Source: Octopus sinensis (lineage: Eukaryota). From it: a stretch of 64,000 nucleotides of DNA. Made by a program: the position numbers and the translations under genes. The stretch covers positions 1,054,001 to 1,118,000 of the forward strand of contig NC_043010.1 of assembly GCF_006345805.1 (NCBI RefSeq). The letters are read 5' to 3'. The notes below the pieces were generated by a model. That model saw only the letters and a list, made by a program, of their open reading frames with translations, was not told the DNA's origin and ran no database searches. This document shows, piece after piece, positions 26,485-40,029 of the stretch. The first letter of the stretch is position 1. Every line of letters starts with the position of its first letter.

Positions 26485-27289
26485 CAATCAAATATATATA
26501 TATATATATTTAACATTACATGTGAAAACACATCATAAATAATATCATAACCATGTTATATAATATAAAAACATATATATGTTATAATAAATATATATAG
26601 AGAGAGAGAGGAGGGAGGAGGAGTGAGACAGACAGACAAGTGATATGCTTAGGCATACAACTATATACACACAATGTATATGTGAGTATATATATTATCT
26701 ATAAATATATATATAGCTATATATTTATAAATATATATATACATAATTACATGATACACAATATATATACATATAATTTTATATGCATAATGTACATCGA
26801 TATAATGTGTATATATATATAAATGCATACACACACACACTTATATATTCATATAAGTATGTGTGTATGTATATATATATGGTGTATATTCCACATATTT
26901 ATAGATGTGTGTGCATAGTCAGAGCTTTATAGTGATATATGTGTAAGTGTAAATACATGTATCTATGCCTAGATAAGCATGTATGTATGTATATATATAT
27001 ATATGTATATAACAGAAGGTTTACAAAAATAAACAAAAGACGAAGGCAAGTGGAGTACATATATATATATATACACACACTAATATATATCATTGTCTCT
27101 GTAAGTGATCATTGGATAGTATGTAGCAGAACTTACGTAGTCATTAGTATTAAAATCTCTCTCTATATATATAGACTAGGTTGTACTGTATTATGTCTAC
27201 CTGTTACCTTCAGATCTTTTGCATCTATACTAACCATTATATATTCTTTTATTCTTTTATTTGTTTTAGTCAAAGAACATGATGCCACG

Positions 27290-27639
27290 ACTCATTCTTT
27301 GTAAGCCTAGTAATTATTCTATCAATCTCTTTTACCAAGCTGCTAAGTTACTGGGATGGAAACACATCAGCATTAGTTGTCAAATAGTGGTGGGGGACAA
27401 ACACAGACACAAAGATACACACACACACAAAGATACACACACACACACATACATGCATATATATATATACATATATTTATATAAATACATACATATATAT
27501 ATACACACATATATATATACATACATATATATATACATACATATATATATTATATAAATACATACATAAATATATACATACATACATATATATATATATA
27601 CACACATATATATTTATACATACATACATACATACATAC

Positions 27640-27676
<37 letters not shown>

Positions 27677-27765
27677 GTTTCTTTCAGTTCCTATATACCA
27701 AATCCACTCGCAAGGTTTGGCTAGCCCTAGGCTACAGTGGAAGACACTTGGCCACAGTGGACAAA
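27290..27765 (-). mobile_element. SINE family A with expanded internal microsatellite
   Basis: A body 27290-27420 and A head 27670-27765 separated by (CA/TA)n. Confidence 0.7.
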
Positions 27766-27834
27766 CAAAAGAAGGACACTCAACGAATTTATTGCGAGTT
27801 ACATGTATGAATTGAAACAGTCTGATTCAAATCC

Positions 27835-27879
27835 AATGGCACTCTTGAATTTCAAGTGCGATGCTAGTCATCAGCCATT
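27835..27879 (-). ncRNA. Hammerhead motif with non-cleavable site
   Basis: AAUGG-CUGAUGA-CUAGCAUCGCACUU-GAAA-UUCAAGAG-U-G-CCAUU: perfect stem I and core, but position 17 is G. Confidence 0.6.
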
Positions 27880-27924
27880 TTTTGCTGACGATTAGCATCA
27901 TGCTTAAAACTCAAGAGTACCAAC
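27880..27924 (+). ncRNA. Hammerhead motif with G12A and truncated stem I
   Basis: CUGACGA 27885-27891, AGC/GCU stem II, AAAA instead of GAAA, ACUC-AA-GAGU stem III, GUA site 27917-27919. Confidence 0.55.
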
Positions 27925-27947
27925 GAATTTGAATCAAACTGTTTCAA

Positions 27948-27985
<38 letters not shown>

Positions 27986-28419
27986 TATATGATATAAATT
28001 TAGTGTGTTTGTGTTTGTCCCCCATGGCTGTTTGAAACTGGTGTTAGTGTATTGACGTCCCCACAACTTAGTGGTTTGGCAAAACATACTGATAGAATAA
28101 GGACCATGCTTAAAAAGAAAGTACTGGGGTTAAATCATTTGACTAACAGTTTTCCAAGACAATAGCCCCAGCATAGCCACACCCTTACGACTGAAGAAGT
28201 AAAAGATAAAAATTTTTTTTGACCTTAAGAAGGTCTTGCAGATTTTTATTGTCCCGATATTACAATCATATGTAGCATTTGAATTAAGGGTTACATTCCA
28301 GTCCTCAGTCAAATCGTCCAACCCATGCTAGCATGGAAAGCGGACGTTAAACGATGATGATGATGATGATTCTCTCCTCAACAACCCAATTTCGACCATA
28401 CTTTGCTTCAAGCAGGTTT

Positions 28420-28797
28420 GGGATCTTTTCAGTCTGAACGGCAGTTTTTTCTAGCGGTGTCATATGAAATTGTCACCCATAATTATGACCCTAGTATCGA
28501 TCTATTGCATTTCATCTGTTTTAGGGTTAGGGGTGGGGGGAAGGGTACTTTTTTTTCTTCACAAATGTAAATAAACCCAATCTGTTTCTTAACGAGGGAC
28601 ATATTCATACGGGACACAGAATGTTTTCACCTCAATAGACGTAATTGATTGGTTGAAATTGAAGAAAAAAAAAAACAAATATCTTACAAACTATAGAATT
28701 GTCTCAATAAAGTCAAGAGAAAAAGATGCTGAAGTTTAAAATTTTTTAGTTACCTAGAAATTATGTTAAAAACTGCCGTTCAAACCGAAAAGATCCC
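28420..28797. mobile_element. MITE with about 30-bp TIRs and 6-bp TSD
   Basis: TIR gggatcttttc(a/g)gt(c/t)tgaacggcagttttt at both ends; aggttt duplicated at 28414-28419 and 28798-28803; internal (TTAGGG)2 at 28521-28532. Confidence 0.85.
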
Positions 28798-31700
28798 AGG
28801 TTTGTATGAACCTTTTGTTTCAATAATAAATAACATGAAACTGGAAGTTTATCTTGGGAACTAGATTTGCAAATTCTTTATTAATGATCCATAGACTTTT
28901 TTTCTTTTTTTTCTCTTGCATTTTCCTGACCACACGGAGTTCAGAGGTCAGCTAATTTCCAAAAAGTGTCTATTTTTTCCTTGTCTAATACAACAATATC
29001 AAACTGATTTTATTTTAACTTAGTTGTTGTTTTAATTTTTAAGTGTCACCATTGTCATATAAACATGATCGGGTGACTAAAAAAGCTTGCCTTTCGTTCA
29101 TGACCGAGTATTTGTTGCTATTGTTTCGGGCGTGCCTAAGTCTTGTAAATGAAATTGGATAGATAGAAACTTTGAAATCTGTCAGATAAATTTTATTTTT
29201 ACATTTAAAGGCCTAACTTCGTTACATGGTCAGTCACACTGACTATACTCGAAGCCGACCTCATAGTTACATGTATTTGTGTATCACTGAGTCACTTAGT
29301 CAATACGTCAGTGAGTATAAATACTCGTTATCGAAACAGACGGCGTGTTTGTGTGTGTATGTGTGCGTATGTACGTAAGTATACATACATACATATACAC
29401 ACAAGTTTGAATGCGTGTATTCTAAAGAAAAAGCAGTATAAATAGAACTCAGTACATGGGTATATACTTATATATTTAATGTATTATTTTGAATCGGCAG
29501 AAAGTTGAAAAAGTGATTCAAGGGCCGAGACTATCGTGCAAATCATCAATCGAATGTGTATGTGTGTGTGTGTGTGTGTACTTGAGTATATGTTGTGTAT
29601 ACGTGTGTGAAAGTATGGAGGAGCATTCGCTTTACAATTTAAAACAAATATGTTATTAAGTTTTAAGTTTTGAAAGCTGGAGTAATGCGGTTTGAAATAA
29701 AAATAAGAAATAAAGGAAATGGGGTCTGAAGTAATGACAACGAAATTGACAAGGAACCAATGATAGAAAGAAAAAGAAATATGCTGTGTTATGAAGACAA
29801 GCGAAAGAGTGACAGAATGAAAATGGTAAAATAAAGAATGGAAGGAAGAAAATGTATTGAAGGATAAGTATGAAAGAAAGGAAAATGAGAAAAAGAAATA
29901 TAAGAATGAAATAGAATTATTATTAAGGCTTCAATTAAGGGAAGGACAGCAAGGAAAGGAAAACTGAAGGAAATAAGAAGTGTCAAAGATTTAAGGAACA
30001 GAAAATAGAAGAGAAGAGAAAGAAAATTGAAAGCTATGAAAGAGAGAGAAAAAGGAAGGTAGACCGACATGAAGACAGAAAGGTAGAAAGACAGAGAGAA
30101 AAACGAGAAGTGTAGAAGAGTGTTGACGAAATAATAGAATATAAGAATGAGAGAAAAAGGAAATTATGAAAAGGAAGAATGATGGAATTAATAATGATGT
30201 TTTAAAGAGTGACAGAGAAACAGAAGAAATGAAGGAAAACGGAAGGAGTGTCTCTGTTTCTTGTTTAGTTCCTTGTCTACTTTCACTTTCGTTTCTTTCA
30301 AAAGTTAGGTCGAATAAGAAGGATCTTGTATGTACGTGGTCGTCCAACAAATAGAAATAGCAGCCAAATTTCTTTCTGTGAGACACGTTTATATATTGTG
30401 TTTATATATTGTTTATAGATTTGGTGATACGAAGAGAAAGACAGAAATCAAAAGATGAGCGTGTGATATATATATATATATATATATATCGATAGGAATT
30501 AAAGGGGCCACGAGTTTCGTGTATAGGCACTTGTGTGTTTATACATTATACATACATAATATGTTTGTCTAAACACACACACACACGCACTCTTTTACCT
30601 GCTTCCATCATGGGCTGCGGCCATACTGGAGCACCGCCTTAAACAGTTTTAAGGCGATCAAATCGTTCCTCGTCCTTATTTTTAAAAGTCTGGTAACACT
30701 TTTGCTCTTATTTTGCCCAACCGTTAATCATAGCGAGGACGCAAACAAACCAGATATAGTGGCGACCTGTCTGCCTGTACACACACAAACCCATACATAC
30801 ATACATACATACACACATACATACTTACATACATACACACACACATACATACATACATACACACACATACATACATACATACATACATACATACATACAT
30901 ACATACATACCCACACATACATACATACATACATACATACATACATACACACATACATACATACATACATACATACATACCCTCGCGCGCACATGCACTA
31001 GAAAAGACAAACGGAATTGTCACGGTTGGAATGGATGTCGCTTGAAAGAAAAATACGAATAATCAACTGAATCAACCCGCTTTTATAATAACCGGATAGA
31101 TGGATGGATGGATGGATGGACGGACGGGTAGATAAACGAGGATGGAGGGATGGATGGATGGATGGATGGGTGGATGGATGGGTGGATGGATGGATGGACG
31201 GACGGACGGGTAGATAGACGAGGATGGAGAAATGGATGGATGGACAGGACAGAAAAAAAGAAGAGATAACTTCTAAAATTTGAAATATTGTGTATTATTG
31301 TATGTAGTACTGGATAAACTACGTATGAAAATAAGATTAAAATTAAAAAGATTAACACGGGATGGTCATAAATGGAAAACTCTTTCTTTCATCACATGTG
31401 TTGTTAATGAGAGGCTTAACACAGAACAAATCAACAATAACAAAAACGTGATGGAATAAATGAAGAGGTGCCGGTTGATGCTAGATTTACTTCAGTTTCG
31501 GAAATTATTTTGAAATAAAAGAAAACATTTTTGGTGGATCCTCTTTCGGTGTCTTTAATGAAGGAATGAATATTTTCGGCTCTTCGATGGACAGAAAGAA
31601 CTACCTGTTCGTGGCGTTGTCTATAAGTGGTTAAAATTCCATAGAAATACTTGGGACTTTAATGTCATTTTTCCGTATACTTTGCGTAATTTGGTGTTTG

Positions 31701-31829
31701 ACAAGGGTGGGTAGTTTTCAAAATTATTTTATTACAGGTATAGTACGTACATAAATTGTTTGTATGTATACGTCTATAAAATACACACACACATACATAC
31801 ATAATACATACATACATACATACATACAT

Positions 31830-31893
<64 letters not shown>

Positions 31894-31921
31894 TACATAT
31901 ATATATATACAACTCTTTTAC

Positions 31922-32115
31922 TCTTTTACTTGTTTCAGTCATTTGAGTGCGGCCATGCAGGAGCACCACCTTTAGTCGAGCAAATCGGTCCCAGGACTTA
32001 TTCTTTGTAAGCCTAGTACTTATTCTATCGATCTCTTTTGCCGAACCGCTAAGTTACGGGTACGTAAACACACCAGCGTCGGTTGTCAAGTGATGTTGGG
32101 GGGACAAACACAGAC
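31922..32115 (-). mobile_element. SINE family A, 3' half
   Basis: Tail and body match 15871-16050; a related fragment lies at 30596-30790. Confidence 0.8.
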
Positions 32116-32143
32116 ACACAAACATATACACACACACATACAT

Positions 32144-32194
<51 letters not shown>

Positions 32195-33316
32195 TATATA
32201 TATACACAGATATACATATATGCACACGCACTCATAAATATACATGCACACACACATGTACATGTGTATATACAGACATACGCATATACATACGTATCTA
32301 TATATATATATATTTATACGCGTGCACACACACACATACACAGAAACGCACACATATATACATAGGTATGCACATACACACACGCTTATCTCTATCTACA
32401 TACGCACATAGGTACACATATTCGCACACATATATATACACTTATATACACGCATACACACACCTATACGTACGCATACACACACCTATACGCACGCATA
32501 CACACACTTATACGCACGCACACACTTATATACATATTTATACATTTATTTATACACATATAGACACATATACACACGCACACACATGAACGCACACATG
32601 CATATTCCTACATAGGTATATACATACGCATACTACACACAGTCTACTCAGAGTCATGTCAGTGACTCGAGTACTCCATGGTCAGTTGTACTCCTAACGT
32701 AATCCTTCCCCAATTTCAGCACGTCACCGTGTCATCAAGTTAGTTCATCGAATTGCCGATACAGTCCATATATATATATGTGCATTTCACACACACACAC
32801 ACTTTTAGAACTCCTAGTTCATAGAACTGGCCTCACACACACTTGTATCACCACACGTAATCCCCAAGCAGTGTTGATATGGAACATTAATTAACAAAGC
32901 AAGAACTCTCTCACGGGTATAGTCCACTCGAGGAAACTCGGCACCAGTTCTCCGTCCATCTAGTTTCAGTTATAAGGTTGGTGACCCCCCTCAAAACTAT
33001 GTGTGTAGGTACAATACCTATTTTCCGGATACTTTGGTCCGGAATCCCTGCTAACCCGCACTAATTCATTAGGGGGGACTTCAAATTCCCGCCCCCGCCA
33101 GTCTAGTTTCCTGGCACCTTTCACACAGAACATTGTGAATAAATTTGAATCAGTCAGTTATAAATCATATTTATAAATAATGTACCTGTATTTTATTTAA
33201 TTATTTAAGCAAAATTAAAATTTGTTTAGTTCAGAGAATGGTTAGCCTTGGTTTGGAAAAAATCGGTTGTCCAGATTTGCTTTGGAACCAAAGGTAACGG
33301 AAAATCGATGTTTTAC

Positions 33317-33348
<32 letters not shown>

Positions 33349-33367
33349 GAAGATCATTTTATCGTTT

Positions 33368-33742
33368 GTCTTTTATTGGTTTCAGTCATTAGACTACGGT
33401 CATGCTGGAGCACCGCCTTCAATACTTTTAGTCGAATAAATCGACACCAGGAGTTATTTTTTAAAGCTTAGTACTTGTTTTATTGGTATCTTTAGCCGAA
33501 CCGTTAAGTTACGGGGACGTAAACGCACCAACACCGGTTGTCAATTGGTGGTGAGACACACGCACATACACACACACACACACACATACATATATATATA
33601 TTGGCAGGCTTCTTTTCCTTTCCGTCTACCAAATCCACTCACAAGGCTTTGTAGGCCCGAGGCTATAGAAGACATTTGCCTAGCAGTGAGACTGAACCCG
33701 GAACCATGTGGTTGGGAAACAAGCTTCCTATCTTATAGCCAC
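33368..33742 (-). mobile_element. SINE family A
   Basis: Full match to the other A copies. Confidence 0.8.
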
Positions 33743-34371
33743 GCTTTGGAAATTCGGACCTAATAAGATTACTAAATGAACTTCACCATTCGGTTAGGCC
33801 TGCGTTCAAATACACACTTGTGCGAATACGCGGCGCCTAAAGGAGGTGCATTTACCTTCAGTCCATAAAAGACAAGCCTTCATTCCGAGACTATGGTAAA
33901 CATGACAATTGTTTCTAATACAGGCGCAAAGTCTGGAATTTGGTAGGGTGGGAGATGCACATGATTGCCGCTTTATTTTATCGACCTCCGAAAAAAATGA
34001 ACAGTAAAGGTGACCTCGGCGGGATTTGAACTCAGAATGTAGAGAGCTAGAAAATAAAAACCGCATGACCATTTTTTGTTGTTAAAAAATATATTTCTAT
34101 AAATACATATATGCTCAAGTGAATGAACCCTAGGATAGCACTTGTATTCACTGAACAACCGTGATGGAAAGCGGAGTGCGCAATGATGGGCTTAAGGCTG
34201 GGTTTCAGGTACCGCATCCGAAAGGCTGCCGCTTGTTGGAGAGACACCAGTCATAGAAAAGTTATTGAAAATCTCACTCGAGGTCACACAGAACTTAATA
34301 AGCCCTGGGGGTTACAAAATACAAACTTGGTTAAAAAAACGTAGGGGTGGAGATCCCCTAATTTACAGTTG

Positions 34372-34480
34372 TTAGAAGAGGGTCTTCAGGCGTCTGGCCC
34401 CCATCTTCTTCCCTATCTCGTCAGCCTCTCTGAATCTGGCGTAGCGCATGATTCTCTCCTGAAATCCATTTCCATCACTG
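34372..34480 (-). CDS. Putative terminal coding exon of an unidentified gene (..SDGNGFQERIMRYARFREADEIGKKMGARRLKTLF*)
   Basis: Acceptor gtcatctcattccag|cag (tandem NAGNAG); only one frame is open to TAA; 23 of 35 codons end in G/C in an AT-rich context. No upstream exon was securely linked. Confidence 0.45.
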
Positions 34481-35590
34481 CTGGAATGAGATGACGGGCA
34501 ATTCAAACGTGGTTTAAAATGCGTAAATGTAGAAGGAAGAAACTTGAATGAATGAATGAATGAATGAACTAGCGGAAGAACGAAATGAAAGTATTGTATT
34601 TTCTTTCGCCAATTTACTGTATTGAAAGCCAGGAATTTTATGCGTAAGTGTACACACACACACACATCCATACATACATACATAATATATATATATATAA
34701 TCTAATATATATATATATATATGATATTATATAATATATATATATATACGTACATATGTTACATATATACACATACGTACATATGTATACATACTATATA
34801 TGTATACATATATTTACATACATATACATACATATGGCCCACACACACACACACACACATATGCGTTCTTATAGAATAAAGTCAGAAATTATTTAGTGCG
34901 CCAAAAACCGAGATCGTAATTTCTTCGGTTACGATTGAAAGAACAAAAGGAAGAAGAGGATTTCTGCCCAGGCCCATCCCGTTAAGTTTTCAGTTTTGAC
35001 TTTTTTTCGGAAATCTTTTCGAATGCATCTTTTAAATATCTTAGATTACGACTTTTCAAATGCACGCGTAACTTTTTAAAAGAAAAAAATTAAAGAAAAG
35101 AAAAAAATTTTCGAAAGTCAAAAACTTTAAAATTACGGAAAGGAGAGTGATACACCACCCCAGCCTCGTCCTTTGCTTCTGGAGAATCGCAATCCTACGC
35201 ATATCCGAGGAATTACAGTGTTTGGCACACTTGATAATTTCCGACTAGTTTTAAAGGATCATCGCAGTTGTACAGGTTTGCAGCGCTGTCTCAAAACATG
35301 GGTACATTGTGCTATGTTGTTGTCCAGGGACTCTCCTCGGGTTTGTGGAACCTAATGCTTATCTATGCTGTGGCTGTGCATTTAGAGGCCTTGGTGCATT
35401 ACTTTGCCCGAGGAGCGAGGTGGCTGAAAGCTGATAAGACAGTTCTGCTTGTTTGGAATATGACCTGATCCACGAGAAGGTGTGATTCAAACTTGAACAA
35501 TTTATATCGAGGAGAAAAGCGTTCTGGTGACCATCACAAACGTATATTTCGTGAAATTGAACACACACACACAGATAGACAATCTGTCTT

Positions 35591-35686
<96 letters not shown>

Positions 35687-36894
35687 GCACATACGCTCAA
35701 CTACATCGCAGTAAAGTTGACCATCATTGATAACAGGTACACATTTTTACTTTTAAAAATATTAATTATGTATTAATTGATGAAATGAGGATACTTTTTG
35801 TATTTTTGGGGCTTTTTTATCTTTCGTTGCCTTTTCAAACACTTTTAACCGGAATCAAAATTCTATTAGCCGAAGAATACCGACAGATTTTGAAGATTTT
35901 GAAGTTTCTATAGAAAGAACGTAATAAAAAAACCAACGGAAGAAATGAATGAACGAGTGAAGAAAGAGAATTTAAATGATTAAAAGAAATTTAAGAAAAG
36001 GTATTATGTATGGAAAATATTTCAGAGTTGACTTACCTTTATCTTCTCAATAGTTTTGTAAAGTATGTAGTAATGTATGTATTTGATGTAGTATGAACGT
36101 GGTGTGTGTGTGTGTGTGTGTGAGATATGTCGTATGTACACAAACGGTATAACAATCTATGTGTATATATGTATATAACTTTTTTCGTTTTTTTATCTAT
36201 CAATTTTGTATTATTTGATTAAAGATAAAATATACTTTTTTCTGTATGTGTGAAGCTTTTTTAAAGATCTTTTTTTTTTTCCTTTCTTTTATGTTTGTTT
36301 TTTTTTAACACGTTGGAGTCGTCTCCAAACTCCAGGAAAAGAGAAAAAAATATTTTGAAAAAACTACTTTGGAAAATATTTCTTTTTTCTAATTCATACT
36401 TTTTTTGTGATTCGTATATTTTTTGCCATCATCATCATCAGTGGGCAGTGTGTGTTTATATATCATCCTTTTCCGTAACAACTGTTTCTCGCGTGTGTTT
36501 ACGAGGGAAAACTAAAGTCCGTGTTTTGTTGATTCGTTGAAATAGCTTCATATGGTTGGCTGGCTGGCCGGGTGATCGGTCGGTCGGTTGGTTGTCGGGT
36601 TCGTCTCAGTCGCGGTGGCTGTTTGAGGGAGGGAAAGAGAAGTTGAAGTAAAAGTAAGGATTATGAGAGAGGGTGACGAAGGGAGAGTGAGTTGTAGAGA
36701 ATAGGGGAAAGGAAGCGAGAATAAAGAAAAGGTTGAGTGAGGGGCTTGGATTGAGATAAAGAGAGTGACTGAAGGAGGAAAAGCGGGAGAGAAGTTACAA
36801 GAGTGAAAGAGAGAGAGAGAGAGAGAGAGGGTTAATGTAATAAACGGGAGCTGAGAGAAGAGAATATGAAAGAGGGGAGGAAAAAGTAAGCGTG

Positions 36895-36939
<45 letters not shown>

Positions 36940-37318
36940 TTGTGGGAGAAACAGAGAGTGTGAGGAGAAAATGAAAGTGAAAGTAGAAGAGAAAGACGGT
37001 GAAGTGGGAGAGGAAGGAAGAGCGGAAATAAAGAGAGGAACAGAGAAAGAAGAGAAGAGAAAGGGAAAAGAAATATTATTAATCGGCAGAAGTTAGTGTC
37101 TCAAGGTCCGTGAGTTTCGTGTTCTGGCACTTAACAAAATTTCCAAACAGAGAGAGAGAGAGAGAGATTTACATGTATTTATATAATGTGTATTTGTGTT
37201 TTATGTATATATATGTGTGTTTGTGTGTGTGTGTGTGCGTGTATATAATAACATGTATACGTATGTATATATCTAACTCTCTATCTATATATAGGTATAT
37301 ATGTATATGTATGTATGT

Positions 37319-37366
<48 letters not shown>

Positions 37367-37405
37367 GCACACATATATATGCATGTGTGTGTATGTGTGT
37401 ATATA

Positions 37406-37436
<31 letters not shown>

Positions 37437-38589
37437 ATATATATGAGCAAAGAGAGTGAGAGGGAAAGAGAAAAAGGACGCAACAAATAAAGAAGGTGTG
37501 AAAAGGGAAGTAAAAAAAACAAGTGAGAAAAGAAGAAAAAAGTTGTAGAGTGAGAGAGAGAAAAAGAGAGAAACTAAAGAGAGAGGGGGGAATGAGGATA
37601 GTGGTCTGCTGTTGTATTGAAATTGGTGTGTAAGGGATGGCAGTAGCAGGCTGGCTGGTTTGGGTTCCAAAATGTGTGTGAATGCATGAGTGTGCATGCA
37701 TGCGAGCATCTGTGTGCATGTGCTTGTGTGTGTGTGTGGCTATGTATGGGAAGAAAAAAATAAATATCCATATATATTTATAAAGAAAAATTACGTAAAT
37801 AAATAATACACAAATACATAAATGAAAAATTTTGGAAAAATTAAATAAAGAGAGAAGGAGAGAAAAAAAAAGAAAATAAATCTAAAATTGAAATAATATT
37901 TTATAAAGAAAAATCGAAAAAGAAACTCTTTAAAAATTCACAAATATTGTGGAAGGAGAAATTGTCGTTTCCGAATCATGCTGCATACAAGTGGAGCTAA
38001 CGAAGAGATGGATCACAGGTAGTTCACTAACGACATGTAAACACAACACACACACACACATTTATTTATTTTACATTGCAGACATACACATAAGAATACG
38101 TATACATAGGCAGCCGTTGAGCTACATTTAGTCATACATACGTCGTCACAAAATCCTATTCAGTCCATGCACACACATACAACCACAGAGCCACATATAG
38201 TCATTCAACTGCATACAAAGGGACATACGTATGCATACACACACACATACACACACACGTGTCTGCACACTCACACACGCACACAGATACTTATACATAC
38301 GTACACACACACATGCGCTCATCCAACCGCAGTTAGCTTTAGTCAATCACACATCGATACACACACATAATCACAATCCTACGTAACTAAACACACATAC
38401 AACCAAACAAACACAAATACATAAACAGAAATACAAATATAATCACACTTATCCCCATATATACATACACAGAGATACACATTACAGTAAATAGACATCC
38501 CACCATGACCACCATCACTTTCAGCAATGAGTTTTCCAGTTGTTCAATCAACTAAACTATCTAATCATTATATAATAATTACCCTTTTT

Positions 38590-38761
38590 ACTATAGGCAC
38601 AAGGCCTGAAATTTGTGGGGGGGGCCTAGTCGACCCCAGTATTTGACTGGTACTTGTTTTCTTGAATCCCGGAACGATGAAAGTCAAAGTCAAACACAAT
38701 GGAATTTGAATGCAGAAAGATGAATTCTACAAATCTTAATAATAATAATAATAATATAATG

Positions 38762-38817
<56 letters not shown>

Positions 38818-39040
38818 AACAATAACAATGATAATAATAATATTCCTTTTTTACTACAGGTGCAAGGCCTGAAATTTGGTGGGAGAGGGCTAGTCGATTA
38901 TGTCGACCCCTGTGCATAATTGGTACTTATTTCATTAACCCCAAAAGGATGGAAGGCAAATTTGAACTCAAAATGTACAGACGGATGAAATGCAGTTAAG
39001 CATTTTGCCTGGCATGCTAACATTTCTGCCAGCTCACTCA
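38590..39040 (-). mobile_element. Two degenerate SINE B copies
   Basis: About 38590-38730 and 38845-39040 match the reverse complement of B with the alternative tail. Confidence 0.65.
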
Positions 39041-39471
39041 CCACCTTAATTATAATAATAATAATGATGATAATAGTAATAATAATAATAATGATAATAA
39101 TAATAATAATAATAATATGATAATAATAATAATGATAATAATTACAATAATAATAATAATAATAATAATATGATAATAATAATAATGATAATAAAATATG
39201 ATAATAATAATAATGATAATAATTACAATAATAATAATAATAATAATAATAATATAATAATAATAATAATAATAATATGATAATAATAATAATGATAATA
39301 ATTACAATAATAATAATGATAATAATTACAATAATAATAATAATAATAATAATAATGATAATAATAATATGATAATAATAATAATGATAATAATTACAAT
39401 AATAATAATAATAATAATGATAATAATTACAATAATAATAATAATAATAACAATAATGATAATAATTACAA

Positions 39472-39511
<40 letters not shown>

Positions 39512-39865
39512 TATAATAATAATGATAATAATAATATAATAATGATAATAATTACAATAATAATAATAATGATAATAATTAATAATAATAATAATAATAA
39601 CAATAATGATAATAATTACAATAATAATAATAAATAATAATAATAATAATGATAATAATAATATGATAATAATTATTAATGATAATAATTGCAATAATAA
39701 TATAATAATAATAATAATGAAATAATTACAATAATAATAATAATAATAATATAATATAATAATAATAATAATATAATAATAATAATAATGATAATAATTA
39801 CAAAATAATAATGATAATAATTACAATAATGATAATAATAATAAAACAATAATGATAATAATTAC

Positions 39866-39902
<37 letters not shown>

Positions 39903-39948
39903 TAATAATAATATGATAATAATAATAATAATAATAATAATGATAATT

Positions 39949-39991
<43 letters not shown>

Positions 39992-40020
39992 TAATAATAA
40001 TAATAATGATAATAGTAATA
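38738..40020. repeat. (AAT)n array with higher-order variant units
   Basis: Recurring gataataattacaataat and aatataataataatgat variants; the main block spans about 39045-40020. Confidence 0.9.
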
Positions 40021-40029
40021 ATGGTTTCC

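Larger units (their letters stand above)
27760..27948 (-). mobile_element. Twin-hammerhead fold-back element
   Basis: 65-bp inverted arms 27811-27875 and 27884-27948 with 12 mismatches. The minus arm continues through AATAAA to about 27760; (TA)n on the right. Confidence 0.7.

Noticed and set aside
28521-28532. Telomere or interstitial telomeric array
   Set aside because: Only two units, and they lie inside a MITE.
35160-35540. Coding exon in unique sequence
   Set aside because: All six frames are interrupted or unrecognisable, and the splice sites are weak.
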